NCBI GenBank assembly: GCA_964016885.1
Contig: OZ024740.1
Coordinates: 69,998,001 to 70,062,000 of the forward strand
Direction: 5' to 3'
DNA length: 64,000 bases
Source of the DNA: Eledone cirrhosa
Taxonomy: Eukaryota
In this document: positions 12,839-31,399 of the stretch, piece after piece
Position numbering within the stretch: position 1 is the first letter of the stretch
Layout of the letters: every line of letters starts with the position of its first letter
Notes under the pieces: model-generated
What the model was told of the DNA's origin: nothing
What the model saw: only the letters and a program-made list of their open reading frames with translations
Databases searched by the model: none
Made by a program: the position numbers and the translations under genes

Positions 12839-15800
12839 ATGACCTCACTCAGAATAGCCAGCATAAATGCGCGTGGCTTGGGGTCGTCATGGAAGCAGGG
12901 TCACCTGCTCAACGACCTCACGTCACTAAACATAGATGTAGTGGCCATCAGCGAGACAATAATCTCCTAAGCAAGGGCCCTCGCACCGATCTTCGGCGGC
13001 TACGATGTGTATACATCTCCCAGCCGTCCTGGATTGGGGGGAGGAGTTGCTGTGCTTTTTCGGAGAGGTTTGGATCTCGCCATACGGGCCATCTTCCTGG
13101 ACCCAGAAGGTAAGTTGGTGGTGCTGGACGTGAGCAGCGGAGACGGGAAAGCTTTCAGGCTAGTGGTCGTCTATGCCCCGACAGGAGCAGGGCGGCCTGA
13201 TTTGTTCCGGCGTCTGGAGACCTTTCTTGGAACGTCCCGTTCTTTAGTGTTAGTGGGTGACTGTAACGGGATATTAGATGCACGCTGGGACTGTGTGGGA
13301 TTAGCAGATAGGGGAGGAGGGTGCAAGAGCCTCACCAACCTGCTCAGGCGTTTTGAACTGTCTGACAGGTACCGATTGGATTTCCCGAATGTACCAATGT
13401 GGACTTGGACAAATAAAATAGGGTCATTCAGATAATATCTAGATAGAGTATTTTGTAAGGCTTTAGCAATAGAGAAAAATAGTGCAGAGGGAGAACTAGT
13501 TAGAAAATTAGACGAGGCGCTTAGTAAAGGCATCGCGACCGACGTACTTGCGGCGAAATTGGCCCTTGACCAATTCTTCAATGCAAAGCACGAAGGCTGC
13601 CTTGTCAGAGCTAGGGTGCGTGCTCTCAGACACGAGGGGACGAAAGCCGTTCAATGGGCCCGAGTGGCGGAGGCGCGTCATGGCAACAAAGCCACGATCC
13701 GATCTTTGGTGGACCACGACGGGCGCATGCTATTCGATCCCGGGCAAATGTGTGAAGCTTTCCAGCGACACTTCGTCCAGTTGTTCGGGGGCAGCGGCGG
13801 GGCGGATCGAGGGGTGGACTTTATGGTCTACCTCGACGGACTGCCGTGGCTCTCAGTCACTGAGGCGGAGTGTTGCGAAAAGCCGATAACAGCCGCTGAA
13901 GTACGGGAAGCAATGACTGGCTGCACAAGGGGTAAATCGTCTGGTTTGGATGGTCTGCCCTATGAACTTTACGTACAGATGCCAGACTTGTTCGGAGGCC
14001 TCTTGGCCGTCATCTACTGCAACTGGCAACAGAACGAGAGAATTCCCAGCTCTCTGAGCCGAGGAGCGGTGGCCCTGCTGAGAAACGATCCGAATAAGGG
14101 GGATAACATAGATAATTTCAGGCCCATAACTCTGCTAAACACAGAGTTCAAGATTTTGGCCAAGATGCTAGTAAAGAGGTTGGCGCTTGTCGTTGGTGGT
14201 CTGGTGGGAGAGGCGTAGACGTGCGCCATTCCCGACAGATCCATCCACGACAACCTCCACCTCATGCGATACATCGTAGAGAGGGTAGCTAGGGAACCTG
14301 GCACGGGTAGGTCCTTGATCAATTTAGATCAGTCTAAAGCTTTCGATAGGGTCGACCATCGTTACCTAGCAGCAGTCCTGAGGGCGGCTGGCTTTGGGCC
14401 CGTCTTCAGAGGCTGGATCGTTGCCATGCACAGCGACATCTGCTCTGTGGTGAGAGTGAACGGTCACCTTTCGGAACCGTTCAACATCATGCGCTCAGTC
14501 CGCCAAGGATGTCCCCTCTCGACCCTCTTGTACGTATTGACTCTCGAGCCATTACTGAACAAACTGGAGACGTTGAGGGGGTCCCGCGCGAACTAGGATG
14601 CGGAAGATCCGTGTCAGCATATGCGGACGATATCAACGTAGTGGTGTTGAACGCCAAACACATCGAGGCGATCGACACTACACTAAGAGAATACGAAGCG
14701 GTGACAGGAGCAATGATCAACCAGGACAAGTCAGTGGACCTGCAGCTCGGCACCTGGAGAAGCATGTCCATGCCGTCCAACAGCGTCGTCGGGCGCTGGA
14801 CGGACGGACCGGTTAAATTGCCAGGGGTCTGGTTCGGCCCGGACCTCCAGACGGACAAAAACTGGGACGAGGTGACGAGCAGGGTGGCTTCTCTCACCCA
14901 GAAATGGGCGAAGAGGAAGCTATCCCTGAAAGGTCGAGCGGCGGTGGCTAACGCGTACATCGCGTCCGTCATCTACTACCGCCTGACCGTCGTACTTTGT
15001 CCTAAGCCCCGCCTGACTGCGCTGGAACGTTTGCTCTTTCGCTTTTTGTGGAAGGGACGCGCTCCGATGGTCAGGCGGTCTATCTTCTGTCAACACCCGC
15101 TACGTGGAGGGTTGGGAATGCCGTGGCTGATGATGCGCAGACACGCGCTCAGGCTACGACATCTCCACCTCTTCCTCGACGGTGATCAGGTGTGGTCGCC
15201 GTTTGCTAGACACGTATTTCCCTAGCTCGTTTCCTTGACGGACCTGCAGTCCTGGGTCAAGCGAAGACCGAGAGGGAGCGCCTGGAGACTGGAATGTCTT
15301 CAGGCGCTCACAGCCCTCGACCAATCGGGCAATGTGATCGGTGGAAACTCCACCTTGGCGTTCTATAGAGGATTAGTGGAGGGGAAGAGCGACGACGTAC
15401 TTGGGGAAACTCTAGGCGTCGACGAAAATCAACTAGCCAATCTCTTCGGAAGAACTTTCGGGCCGGGACCTATGGACAATTTCCAGAAATCTCTGGCCTG
15501 GCAGTGCTACCGAGGAGCCTTGCCAGTCGGGATAACCTCTACAGGCATGGAGGTGCCGTCAGCCGGGCATGTCCGAGATGCGCGCAGGGCGACGAAACCG
15601 TCCTGCACGCACTCGTCCAGTGTCCGAAAATTGCTGACTTTTGGGTTTATGTCGAACACCTGCTGTCGCGTGTAGGACGGATCCGGCTATCATCTGAGTC
15701 CATCGTGAGGATCGCCTCGCCCTCTTCCTTTAGCCGGGAAGGGCAGGCAGTTTTTATCTGTCTCGTGGCCATGGCGAAAGAGATAGTATGGTGGACACGT

Positions 15801-15986
15801 TTGAAAGGGCTGAAGACGAGCACTTACCTCTTCGGTGATGCCCTGATTGACTTTTTCAAATTTCATTTGAAAAGGAAAATCAGAGTAGAGAGGGAAGTGC
15901 TCTCTTCCCAGCATTTTGTTGAAAGATGGGTGAGAGAAGCAAGAATGGTCCGAGTAAATGGGCCTACTCTGAGTATATATCTGTAA
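12839..15986 (+). pseudogene. LINE ORF2: AP endonuclease, reverse transcriptase and C-terminal zinc finger; disrupted
   Basis: MTSLRIASINARGL, VAISET, GGVAVLF, VYAP, GDCN, YLDRV; GLDGLP, FRPITLLNTEFKILAK, LDQSKAFDRVDH, VRQGCPLS, AYADD; CPRC...ETVLHALVQC. Stops at 14216 and 15223, several frameshifts, and an internal deletion near 13460. Confidence 0.92.
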
Positions 15987-16229
15987 ATTAAAGGTGGAAA
16001 ACTGGGAGAGGGCACTTGCCTTGGTGGTCAGGGTCACTGGCCTTTTACTGGGCTTTCTCCACAAATGTCCCTCCAAAGTCTCCCCCCTATTGGGAAATTT
16101 TTTATTATTTTTTGTTACATCCTCTGTTTTTGTTTTTTACACGCAGAAATGCCCATTTGTACCGTCCTGTATTGTCCTGCACTCTCCTTAATGTCTACTT
16201 TATGTAAACCCTTGTGGTTAATAAAGAAA

Positions 16230-16263
<34 letters not shown>

Positions 16264-16451
16264 GATCCTTCTTATTATTATTATTACAGATACAAAGAAT
16301 TTTGAACGAGAACCCTGTCATGAAATGACAAGAGGTGCAAGACACTTAAATGTGAAGAGAGCAAAAGTCGAACATTTTGAAGGTTTAAAACTACTAATGT
16401 TATGAAAGTTTCCCAGTACCATGTTCCTTTTTTTCTTTCTTCGTTCTTCTA

Positions 16452-16541
<90 letters not shown>

Positions 16542-16658
16542 TACTTGTCTTTCCCACTACTTCATTTAAATTCTATTTAGTTCTGTTCTTTATTTTTGTT
16601 TAGCTGCCTCTTTATTGAGATGTTTACACGCCTCACTGCTGAATTAAACACGCACGCG

Positions 16659-16716
<58 letters not shown>

Positions 16717-17483
16717 TATGCACACACACACAAGTTCCTGTGCAAAACTACACATGAACACACACACCCATACACCCAGGCAAGTATGCATATGTCTGTC
16801 TGTGCATGTATATGTTGTTAGTGTTGTTGTTGCTTAGGGTGATTTGTTAGTGTGATAATGTTGTTACTGTATTTGCTGTTATTGCTGTTGTTGATTTTGT
16901 CATAGTTGTTAGTGATGGTGTTGACGCTGCTGTTGTTGCTTATGAACCATGTGTAAAAAAACAGGGGATAGGGAGAGGGGTGTAGGCATATGTGTGAAAA
17001 GGGTAGATGCGATAAAAATAGAATAGGGAACAAAGACTGCCTGGTTGGCTGGAGCATTTTTGGCAAGGGGACCAGGAAAAGGAAGATCAAGGGAAAAAGA
17101 TCTTGAGGATACGGAAGTATGAACGTGATTGTGGCTGTGAATGAAACGGAGGATATATGTGTGATGATGATTTGACGGTTTTCATAGTATTTACTGGACT
17201 ATGTGGGTTCCAGAATGAGCTACAACAATCAATGGAATGGAGACATGAAGCAGTTTAGCCAACAAAATCCAACCGACAAGCGGAACAGATGCAGAAGAGT
17301 AGTGGCAACATGCCAAACATTCAGTTCTTAGGTAAGAGGTGGTTGACAGATTATTCGATTCGAAAATCTTGCTGCTGTTCAAATTGGAAAGCCCCCGCAC
17401 CACTGTCACCACCAACACCCCATCTGCATACCGTCCCCACCGCCATCACCTATTCACCGCAGCATTCTATTTTCTTACTGTAT

Positions 17484-17558
<75 letters not shown>

Positions 17559-17859
17559 GTCATTGTTAGTATATTTCTATAGATACCTGCATGTATATAT
17601 ATTGCTATACATACATACATGTATATATTCATATACATACATACATGTATATATACGCACATACATTTATGCACACACACACTTACACACGACCGCGCAC
17701 ACACACCCATACGTACATACACTGCAGTTATCTATGGATCTATAGTCGTATATCTAACTAGCTGTCTTTGTCTGTCTGATTTGAGCTGAATATATGTCTG
17801 TCTGTTTATCTATTAGTTTACCCATCAATAAATTTACCAATATATCTATCTATCTATTT

Positions 17860-18257
<398 letters not shown>

Positions 18258-18562
18258 ACCTTTTGTGGGCATACAACACGTACGTACGGCCAATTACACC
18301 TTTCATTTCAAGTTCTACATATGTAAACCTGTTCACTTTATTTAAATATGTCTGCAGAGTCTTTCTCTTTGGTCCCTTTTTCTCACTCTTCCTTCCCCCC
18401 TCTGTCTTTTCCCTTTCATTTCCTTAATATTTCTCTCTACTTTTCGCTTCTAGTTCACTTCTAGTTTGCTCACTTTCCACACCTTTCACTCTTACACAAT
18501 CACACACACATACACACACACACTGACACTGACACACACTCACTAACATGCGCACGCGCCCA

Positions 18563-18600
<38 letters not shown>

Positions 18601-18602
<2 letters not shown>

Positions 18603-19935
18603 TTAGTCCTTCATCAGTGATCTTCCAACCATCATTGGTATTTCATCGCTTTAAAGACCATATACTTCCGGTTGGTGCGAGCAACGGCTAAAAAAAGTCG
18701 TTTGGACACGTAAATAAAGGGGACACGAGAGTGTAAACAAACAAAGATGGTGAAGCAACCTGAAGTGAGGAAGAAAGAGTCACTCTGTTAGCCTCTTCCT
18801 CACCATTCACTCACTCACTCTCTGTTACTATCCCTCCTCCTCCTTCTTCTTCCCGTTTGACCTGTGCGTAATTCTTTTCTTTCGTACCCTTGGTCAGGCA
18901 GGTTCGCTTTTTTTCTCTCTCTCGTCTACGATTTCACAGAACTTATGTTCACCGAATTCACATTAGACCTGTACGGAATTCCTTCCTTGCTCACATTCCA
19001 ACCAGGTTTGATGGTCTTTATTCTCTCTCGTTCACGATTTCACCGAACTTATATTCATGGAAATTTGGGACTTGACTCTTTCTTCCTCACTTTTCGTTGC
19101 TTCACCATCTTTGTTTGTTTACACTCTCGTGTCCCCTTTATTTACGTGTCCCAACGACTTTTTTTAGCCGTTGCTCGCACCAACCGGAGGTATATGGTCT
19201 TTAAAGCGATGAAATACCAATGATGGTTGGAAGATCACTGATGAAGGACTAACTTTATTCATATGTAACCCATTAGCAACCACGCAGCACGTTTATTCTC
19301 ATATTTACACATATTTCTTCCCCCGCTGTGATCCGTCTATTTCGTTCTTACTGCTTCCTCTTTCTCTGTATCTTTACCCTCTCTAACAGTCACTCTCTCT
19401 GTTAGCCTCTTTCTCACCCTTCACTCACTCACTTTCTGTTACTATCTCTCCTCCTTCTTCTTCCCGTTTGACCTGTGCGTAATTCTTTTCTTTCGCACCC
19501 TTGGTCAGGCAGGTTCGCTTTTTTTCTCTCTCTCGTCTACGAATTCACAGCACTTATGTTCACAGAATTCACAGACTAGATTCCTTCTTCCTCCCGTTAG
19601 ACCTGTACGGAATTCCTTCCTTGCTCACATACCAACCAGGTTTGATGGTCTTTATTCTCTCTCGTTCACGATTTCACCGAACTTATATTCATGGAAATTT
19701 GGGACTTGACTCTTTCTTCCTCACTTTTCGTTGCTTCACCATCTTTGTTTGTTTACACTCTCGTGTCCCCTTTATTTACGTGTCCCAACGACTTTTTTTA
19801 GCCGTTGCTCGCACCAACCGGAGGTATATGGTCTTTAAAGCGATGAAATACCAATGATGATTGGAAGATCACTGATGAAGGACTAACTTTATTCATATGT
19901 AACCCATTAGCAACCAAGCAGCACGTTTATTCATA
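18601..19935 (+). mobile_element. Tandem ~610-635 bp direct repeats with an inverted partial copy (Penelope pLTR-like architecture)
   Basis: 18781-19300 is repeated at 19390-19935, and 18601-18780 is the reverse complement of ~19077-19253. Starts at a (TA)n. A diverged minus-strand copy lies at 34705-35140. Confidence 0.65.
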
Positions 19936-20464
19936 TATATGCTTCTCGCTGTCTTTTATATCTGCGATCTAACTTAATCGGTCCTCAATGTTGCCATTGA
20001 CTGACCGACGGTCAAAAATAATACAGATACAATATAGACACAAACACATATATATAGTTTACATAATTTACATAAATCTTTCGTTGCACATCTGCAACAT
20101 CGTCAGTGGTGTTATATTTTTTCCTCCTGTTGTGTTGTATGTCTACGCTATTTTTTATTCAGTCTGTCTATATATTTATTTATTTATTTGCTTGTTTGTT
20201 TATTTTATTTTGTCTTCTTTGCGCATGCGTTTGCGTGTGTGTACAGTGTTGTGTGTGCTGTGTGACTAGTGTGTATAGTGTTGTGTCTGCTGGGTGACTA
20301 GTGTGTGTTTATGTGCTTGTTGTTATTGCGTTTGTGTATGTATTTATTTATCTTATTTTATTTTATTTTATTTTATTTTATTTTATTTTATTTTATTTTA
20401 TATTTTATTTTATTTTATTTATTTAAATAAATAAATAAATAAATAAATAAAATAAATAATATAT

Positions 20465-20722
<258 letters not shown>

Positions 20723-20838
20723 TTCTGCATCCCCTTGGATAGAACCACAAAGTTACTAAGACAAAACATATATATTTGCTAGCATAGGTATGCATCTGTA
20801 TACATTTGTCGGTAGATATATTAATTCTTTATATATAC

Positions 20839-23925
<3,087 letters not shown>

Positions 23926-24350
23926 CAAGATAAGCAGAACAAGTAAAATTCAACCAATTTTTCAAAATAAACCAAAATTAATATACAATTAAAATTAATC
24001 AAAATTAAAAAATATAATATAAATATTTACCTATTCAAATGGCCCTAACTGTACAGTTTCACGTTGCAAAACATTAGATATCATGTGGATATTAATGGAA
24101 AAGCAAAGATCATCAGAGAAGCATTTTCCTCTCCTAGGGTTAAAAACCCCAGGAACGATAAAATATATGACCTCACTCCAACTAATACAGGTCTGAAATG
24201 TCGTGATAGTGACCCATAAATACGTTGGTGTATAGTGAAGGCGGGAAATCGTAGACTGGTCGTCTATGATCGCTACCAAAAAAGATTTTTAGCAGCTAAA
24301 TAGAACGACAGGATTTTTCTCTACATACTTGGAGAATATTGAATAAGGTT

Positions 24351-24414
<64 letters not shown>

Positions 24415-24975
24415 CACAAACATACACACACATTCATACGCACTTATTTACACAGACACACGCACACACACTCACAAATTTACTCACATTGCCTGAGTGC
24501 CTACAGGTTTTGAAAATGCTGTGTACTTTATTGGTCTATCTCTTTCTTTTACATTTATCTCTCTTCTCTCTATATCTCTCTCTTTGCTTTCTTTCCCGCC
24601 AAATATTAATAATGTAGTTCTGTAAAACCAATAGTAATAAAAATCTCAATCCAATTCCTTGTATTGAATCCTTTAATGTATGACTAGTTACACAATTCTC
24701 TGATTAACATTAACTATGAATACACACATATATATATATAATAATAATAATAAAAAGGACGATTTGTTATATCTTCATTACGTTTATTGAATAATGACGC
24801 GCGTTTCTCTAAAAATCAGCTCAAGGTTCGATCTGTATCGATCTAGCCCGACTCTGGAATTAAAAGCTCGTCGGACGTCTGCTTAATTCTACACCTCTAT
24901 ACTTCTATACTTACTGGAAACTACGCATCGAGTGCTCACTCTGGTGAACCTACAGTAACTGGTCGTTATATTCCC

Positions 24976-25056
<81 letters not shown>

Positions 25057-25200
25057 GCGATACGTTATGTCCTTGAGCAAAACACTTTAGTTCACGTTTC
25101 TCCTTCTACCTGGAGTTGCGACCGATAGATAGTACTACCAACTGGAAAGACCGACGAAAACATTGTTTCCTCGGTCCGATTTGACGAAAGTCGATCGATC

Positions 25201-25260
<60 letters not shown>

Positions 25261-25849
25261 CACGAGTGTTGTTCATATTAGTTGTTACGTAGTAACTTCC
25301 TGATGATAAGCAGGTCCTAGCCATCCAAAGCTCAACACAGTAGTTTATCCCAGGTAGATGATAAGGAGTGACAGAGTATTAATTAATCAAAAAATGGTAG
25401 TTAAGACAGGATTAAATCACCATAATTGTTTATTGCATTATATATATATTTCTGTCACATGGTTACTCATGTGATTTCGTCAGATCCTTACGCAATCATT
25501 GGTGCAGTTATGCAATTATTATTATATGCACGTCTATCCAGTATATATATATATATATTACCACTTTCTACATATATATATATATATATATGTGTGTGTG
25601 TAGAAAGTGGTAATAAATACTGCAAGGCATTTTTTCCTAGACTTTAACGATTTGCACAATTCACCACCGACCTCCTCCATTTAAAAATAACTAGACACTA
25701 GAGTATCAAGAGATAAATAACCCATGGAAATGAAATCTTACTCCCTGTGCCCATAGGCTTCTAACATATTGAAATATTGGAAAAATGTTGGTAATTTTCT
25801 GTGATTTAAAATATTTAAATTTTTGTTTTATTCACCTCACCATAAATGA

Positions 25850-26220
25850 GACAATCTCTATGTGGCAATAAAGTCTTCGAAAATGTAAGACCCACTTGAG
25901 ATAACTTTTCAGATGAGTAAAGCAAATATTTTTGGTTTCTTAAGACACTGAATGAAATTTACTACCTCGTATTTAAAGGGCAATTCACTCTTTCACATAA
26001 AAAAATCTAATGCCACATACAAGTGAAGAGGATATTATTATGCCTGCTGTAATGGAGGTTATAGAAACTGTAATGTGTCTTAGCCTATTCTGAAGTTTAT
26101 TTCTCGAAGTAAAAATACAGTAAAAGTTTGTTTTGGAGAGACAACAGAATACGTTGAAAAGACGATAGCCTCAGAATTTCAATAGTGAAAGTTTTCTATC
26201 CAGTTGATAGGTTTACTATT
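25850..26220 (+). pseudogene. Decayed hAT (Charlie/Buster, ZBED5-like) transposase fragment
   Basis: Translates to MPHTSEEDIIMPAVMEVIETVM (cf. KPHTIGEELILPA), SRSKNTVK (cf. LSNNTV) and FSIQL. Confidence 0.6.
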
Positions 26221-27193
26221 CTCAAGCATTATTTGAATTATTAGTGGTAGTATAAAAGGCATTATTGATGGATTTCTCTGCAAAACAGCTTAAATCTGAA
26301 GCGATTTTTTGGTAGGTGTGAGGGATTTGAATACGATTCCTCATAATAATTTCACGATAATTGCTTTTATTGCAGCTAAAGGCCGTGCCGTAATATTAAA
26401 CAGGGAGACAGATTTAGGATTAGAACTCAGAATGCAAGGAACTGAAATTCTTCAATACAGGATAATAAAATCTTAATTAAAAATGAAATAAAAAGTAGAT
26501 TTAAGGTATGGAAGTGAGAGCAAGAGACGAGTGCGAGAAATTAAAACGGGATGATAGTATGAGGGAGAGAGAGAAAAGTTCAGTTAGACTTGGAAAGATA
26601 AAACATGCTGACTCAACACAGGAGCAGTAGCGGAAAATGGGTGACAGCTATATAGAAAAGAAACATGGCGGTCTACATTTACATAGACGACATATATATA
26701 TATATGGCGACATATATATCAGTCACTAATTAGTTCATAAATAAACACTTCAGTTTATTAACTATAATACAAGTGGTGTATATAAAAACCATTAATCTGG
26801 ATACCTAAATATGGAATGTTACGCGATGGGGCTATGATACGTATGCACGTATGATACGCATGCACACAAAAATGCACGCGCACACACATACACACAGACA
26901 CACCCACACACACACGTATATATATAATATATATATATTTTGATATAATATATATATAATATATATATAATAATTAAGTTAAAGATGTACATCCATATAT
27001 GTATACTGAAATACTAGTATGTATATGAATACACACACGTATACATATGTAGATGTACCAAGTTTTTTCACTGGTCACTTTACTGTGAGTGGCCAGCTAT
27101 TCTGTATGTAAACACACAGACAAACCGGTTTTTAGAGTCATACTGGTTTTTGAGGAAACACCTTTCCTCTATTCTCCAGAAAGCCAGACAAGG

Positions 27194-27238
27194 AATATTG
27201 AACTAGTTTCGTTGTTGTTACAACTCATCAGCAATATT
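27194..27238 (-). ncRNA. Type I hammerhead ribozyme (467-bp unit)
   Basis: AAUAUUG CUGAUGA GUUGU-AACA-ACAAC GAAA CUAG UU CAAUAUU. Confidence 0.88.
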
Positions 27239-27660
27239 TACCTATCTTCCGGCCTCTCTAGAGAATCGTAAAAGCACATATCGTTATATGCTTTTTCTAT
27301 GAAAATTAGTAGTGGGCAGACTAATTTGCATAGAGTGTGAGTAAGTACCGGTTCAACGGAGACGATAAAAACAAATAACGAAACGAAATTAAATTTCGTT
27401 TCATTTGTAACTCACTTTTGTATGACTGACGCTTAAACAATTAAGTTAAAGATGTACATCCATATATGTATACTGAAATACTAGTATGTATATGAATACA
27501 CACACGTATACATATGTAGATGTACCAAGTTTTTTCACTGGTCACTTTACTGTGAGTGGCCAGCTATTCTGTATGTAAACACACAGACAAACCGGTTTTT
27601 AGAGTCATACTGGTTTTTGAGGAAACACCTTTCCTCTATTCTCCAGAAAGCCAGACAAGG

Positions 27661-27705
27661 AATATTGAACTAGTTTCGTTGTTGTTACAACTCATCAGCA
27701 ATATT
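27661..27705 (-). ncRNA. Type I hammerhead ribozyme (467-bp unit)
   Basis: Identical copy 467 bp away. Confidence 0.88.
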
Positions 27706-28226
27706 TACCTATCTTCCGGCCTCTCTAGAGAATCGTAAAAGCACATATCGTTATATGCTTTTTCTATGAAAATTAGTAGTGGGCAGACTAATTTGCATAG
27801 AGTGTGAGTAAGTACCGGTTCAACGGAGACGATAAAAACAAATAACGAAACGAAATTAAATTTCGTTTCATTTGTAACTCACTTTTGTATGACTGACGCT
27901 TAAACAATTAAGTTAAAGATGTACATCCATATATGTATACTGAAATACTAGTATGTATATGAATACACACACGTATACATATGTAGATGTACCAAGTTTT
28001 TTCACTGGTACATATATGGATGTACATCTTTAACTTAATTGTTTAAGCGTCAGTCATACAAAAGTGAGTTATTTAATTTCGTTTCGTTATTTGTTTTTAT
28101 CGTCTCCGTTGAACCGGTACTTACTCACACTCTATGCAAATTAGTCTGCCCACTACTAATTTTCATAGAAAAAGCATATAACGATATGTGCTTTTACGAT
28201 TCTCTAGAGAGGCCGGAAGATAGGTA

Positions 28227-28271
28227 AATATTGCTGATGAGTTGTAACAACAACGAAACTAGTTCAATATT
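28227..28271 (+). ncRNA. Type I hammerhead ribozyme (467-bp unit)
   Basis: AATATTG CTGATGA GTTGTAACAACAAC GAAA CTAG TT CAATATT read directly on the + strand. Confidence 0.88.
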
Positions 28272-28693
28272 CCTTGTCTGGCTTTCTGGAGAATAGAGGA
28301 AAGGTGTTTCCTCAAAAACCAGTATGACTCTAAAAACCGGTTTGTCTGTGTGTTTACATACAGAATAGCTGGCCACTCACAGTAAAGTGACCAGTGAAAA
28401 AACTTGGTACATCTACATATGTATACGTGTGTGTATTCATATACATACTAGTATTTCAGTATACATATATGGATGTACATCTTTAACTTAATTGTTTAAG
28501 CGTCAGTCATACAAAAGTGAGTTACAAATGAAACGAAATTTAATTTCGTTTCGTTATTTGTTTTTATCGTCTCCGTTGAACCGGTACTTACTCACACTCT
28601 ATGCAAATTAGTCTGCCCACTACTAATTTTCATAGAAAAAGCATATAACGATATGTGCTTTTACGATTCTCTAGAGAGGCCGGAAGATAGGTA

Positions 28694-28738
28694 AATATTG
28701 CTGATGAGTTGTAACAACAACGAAACTAGTTCAATATT
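28694..28738 (+). ncRNA. Type I hammerhead ribozyme (467-bp unit)
   Basis: Identical copy 467 bp downstream. Confidence 0.88.
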
Positions 28739-29145
28739 CCTTGTCTGGCTTTCTGGAGAATAGAGGAAAGGTGTTTCCTCAAAAACCAGTATGACTCTAA
28801 AAACCGGTTTGTCTGTGTGTTTACATACAGAATAGCTGGCCACTCACAGTAAAGTGACCAGTGAAAAAACTTGGTACATCTACATATGTATACGTGTGTG
28901 TATTCATATACATACTAGTATTTCAGTATACATATATGGATGTACATCTTTAACTTAATTGTTTAAGCGTCAGTCATACAAAAGTGAGTTACAAATGAAA
29001 CGAAATTTAATTTCGTTTCGTTATTTGTTTTTATCGTCTCCGTTGAGACTTTAATACATGAATACACTTACATCTAACTATACACATCAAACATATATAT
29101 ATATTTACTTATTTATATACATTTTCACATATATATACACATACT

Positions 29146-29203
29146 TATGGACGTTTTTAGACACATTCATTATCGCATATTTGCACCTATTCTCATCGGC
29201 ATA
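29146..29203 (-). ncRNA. Degenerate hammerhead in the Penelope 3' region
   Basis: UAUG CCGAUGA ...UAGGUGCA/UGUGUCUA stem II... AAAA CG UC CAUA. Core deviates (CCGAUGA; AAAA for GAAA). Confidence 0.45.
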
Positions 29204-29314
29204 TCTTTCCATTATTAGTGTGGTAATTTAAGGTTATTAATATATGTTGAGAAGAGATTGTTTTTATATTTTTTAACTAGATTAAGGTTTATATAGTTGG
29301 GGGATGTCCCTCTT

Positions 29315-30592
<1,278 letters not shown>

Positions 30593-30774
30593 CATATATA
30601 CATATTGCCTTGTCCGACGAACGAATGAGGACGTTTCTTTCGTATTCGTCTTATTCGGGAAGCCCAGAGGCTTCCCGAATAAGACGAATAATGAGGTAAT
30701 TATATTGTATTGTTTATTATACATTATATATATATATATATATATATAAAGAGAGATAGATAGATAGATAGATA

Positions 30775-31110
30775 AATTTCTTTATTAGCCACAAGGGCAC
30801 AAAAGAAGGGGACAAATACAAATGGGGAGTTTACATACAGGTAAATGAAAATAAAACTATTAATAAAATAACAAATAACAATTGAAATCCCCAATAGGGG
30901 GGAGGCGTTACACAGGGGTTGTATACACCCCGAAATAATGTACAACCCTCATCTCCAGGAGCACCAAGTGTGAGTACTCCCTTCCTCTCTTTCTCTTTTT
31001 CCTCAACCTACAGGCTTATATAGAGAGAAGGCCCAACCACTCGGGCCATCTTTGCCACATTGACCCACCTTTTATAAAATTTGCTGGGGTACAGCACCTC
31101 TCTCTCCATA
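30775..31110 (-). mobile_element. 3' end of a Tx1-like LINE related to the 10-16 kb element
   Basis: Encodes KFYKRWVNVAKMARVVGPSL (cf. ERWVREARMVRVNGPTL) and ends CCCTTGTGGCTAATAAAGAAAT followed by (TATC)n. Confidence 0.8.
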
Positions 31111-31311
31111 TAGAAAGATAGATAAACAGTGTGCTTTATTAATGCAGGTGCATAAAGCATTTCTATATTGAATAGAAAATATGAAGAAATTTCAAACATA
31201 ATTTCAAACATAACTGATTTGTTATTTTTACTGATTGTTGAACCACAATCTTGAAGATTTGCTGCCGGTAACTTAACTACCTTGAAATTTTAACATTGTT
31301 TACCCTTGTAA

Positions 31312-31343
<32 letters not shown>

Positions 31344-31368
31344 TACACACATATATATATATATATAT

Positions 31369-31399
<31 letters not shown>

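Larger units (their letters stand above)
10480..16263 (+). mobile_element. Near full-length Tx1/L1-clade non-LTR retrotransposon, inactivated
   Basis: 5' UTR, ORF1, ORF2 (APE-RT-CCHC), 3' UTR with AATAAA and (ATT)n tail. An (ATT)n run also lies immediately 5'. GC-rich relative to the flanks. Confidence 0.9.
26972..29046. repeat. 467-bp hammerhead-containing tandem repeat arranged as a ~2-kb palindrome
   Basis: Units start at 26972, 27439 and 27906; orientation flips at 28009/28010. The identical 60-aa spurious ORF recurs at 467-bp spacing on each strand. Confidence 0.95.

Noticed and set aside
11852-14972. Minus-strand ORFs overlapping the LINE
   Set aside because: Antisense shadows of GC-rich LINE coding sequence.
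19205-19250. Permuted (type II) hammerhead GAAA...CUGAUGA
   Set aside because: No U-H cleavage site or stem I/II pairing could be built.
27089-28843. Four identical 60-aa ORFs (MASYSVCKH...)
   Set aside because: GTG start, by-product of the repeat unit, and not conserved as an ORF in the 36-kb variant.
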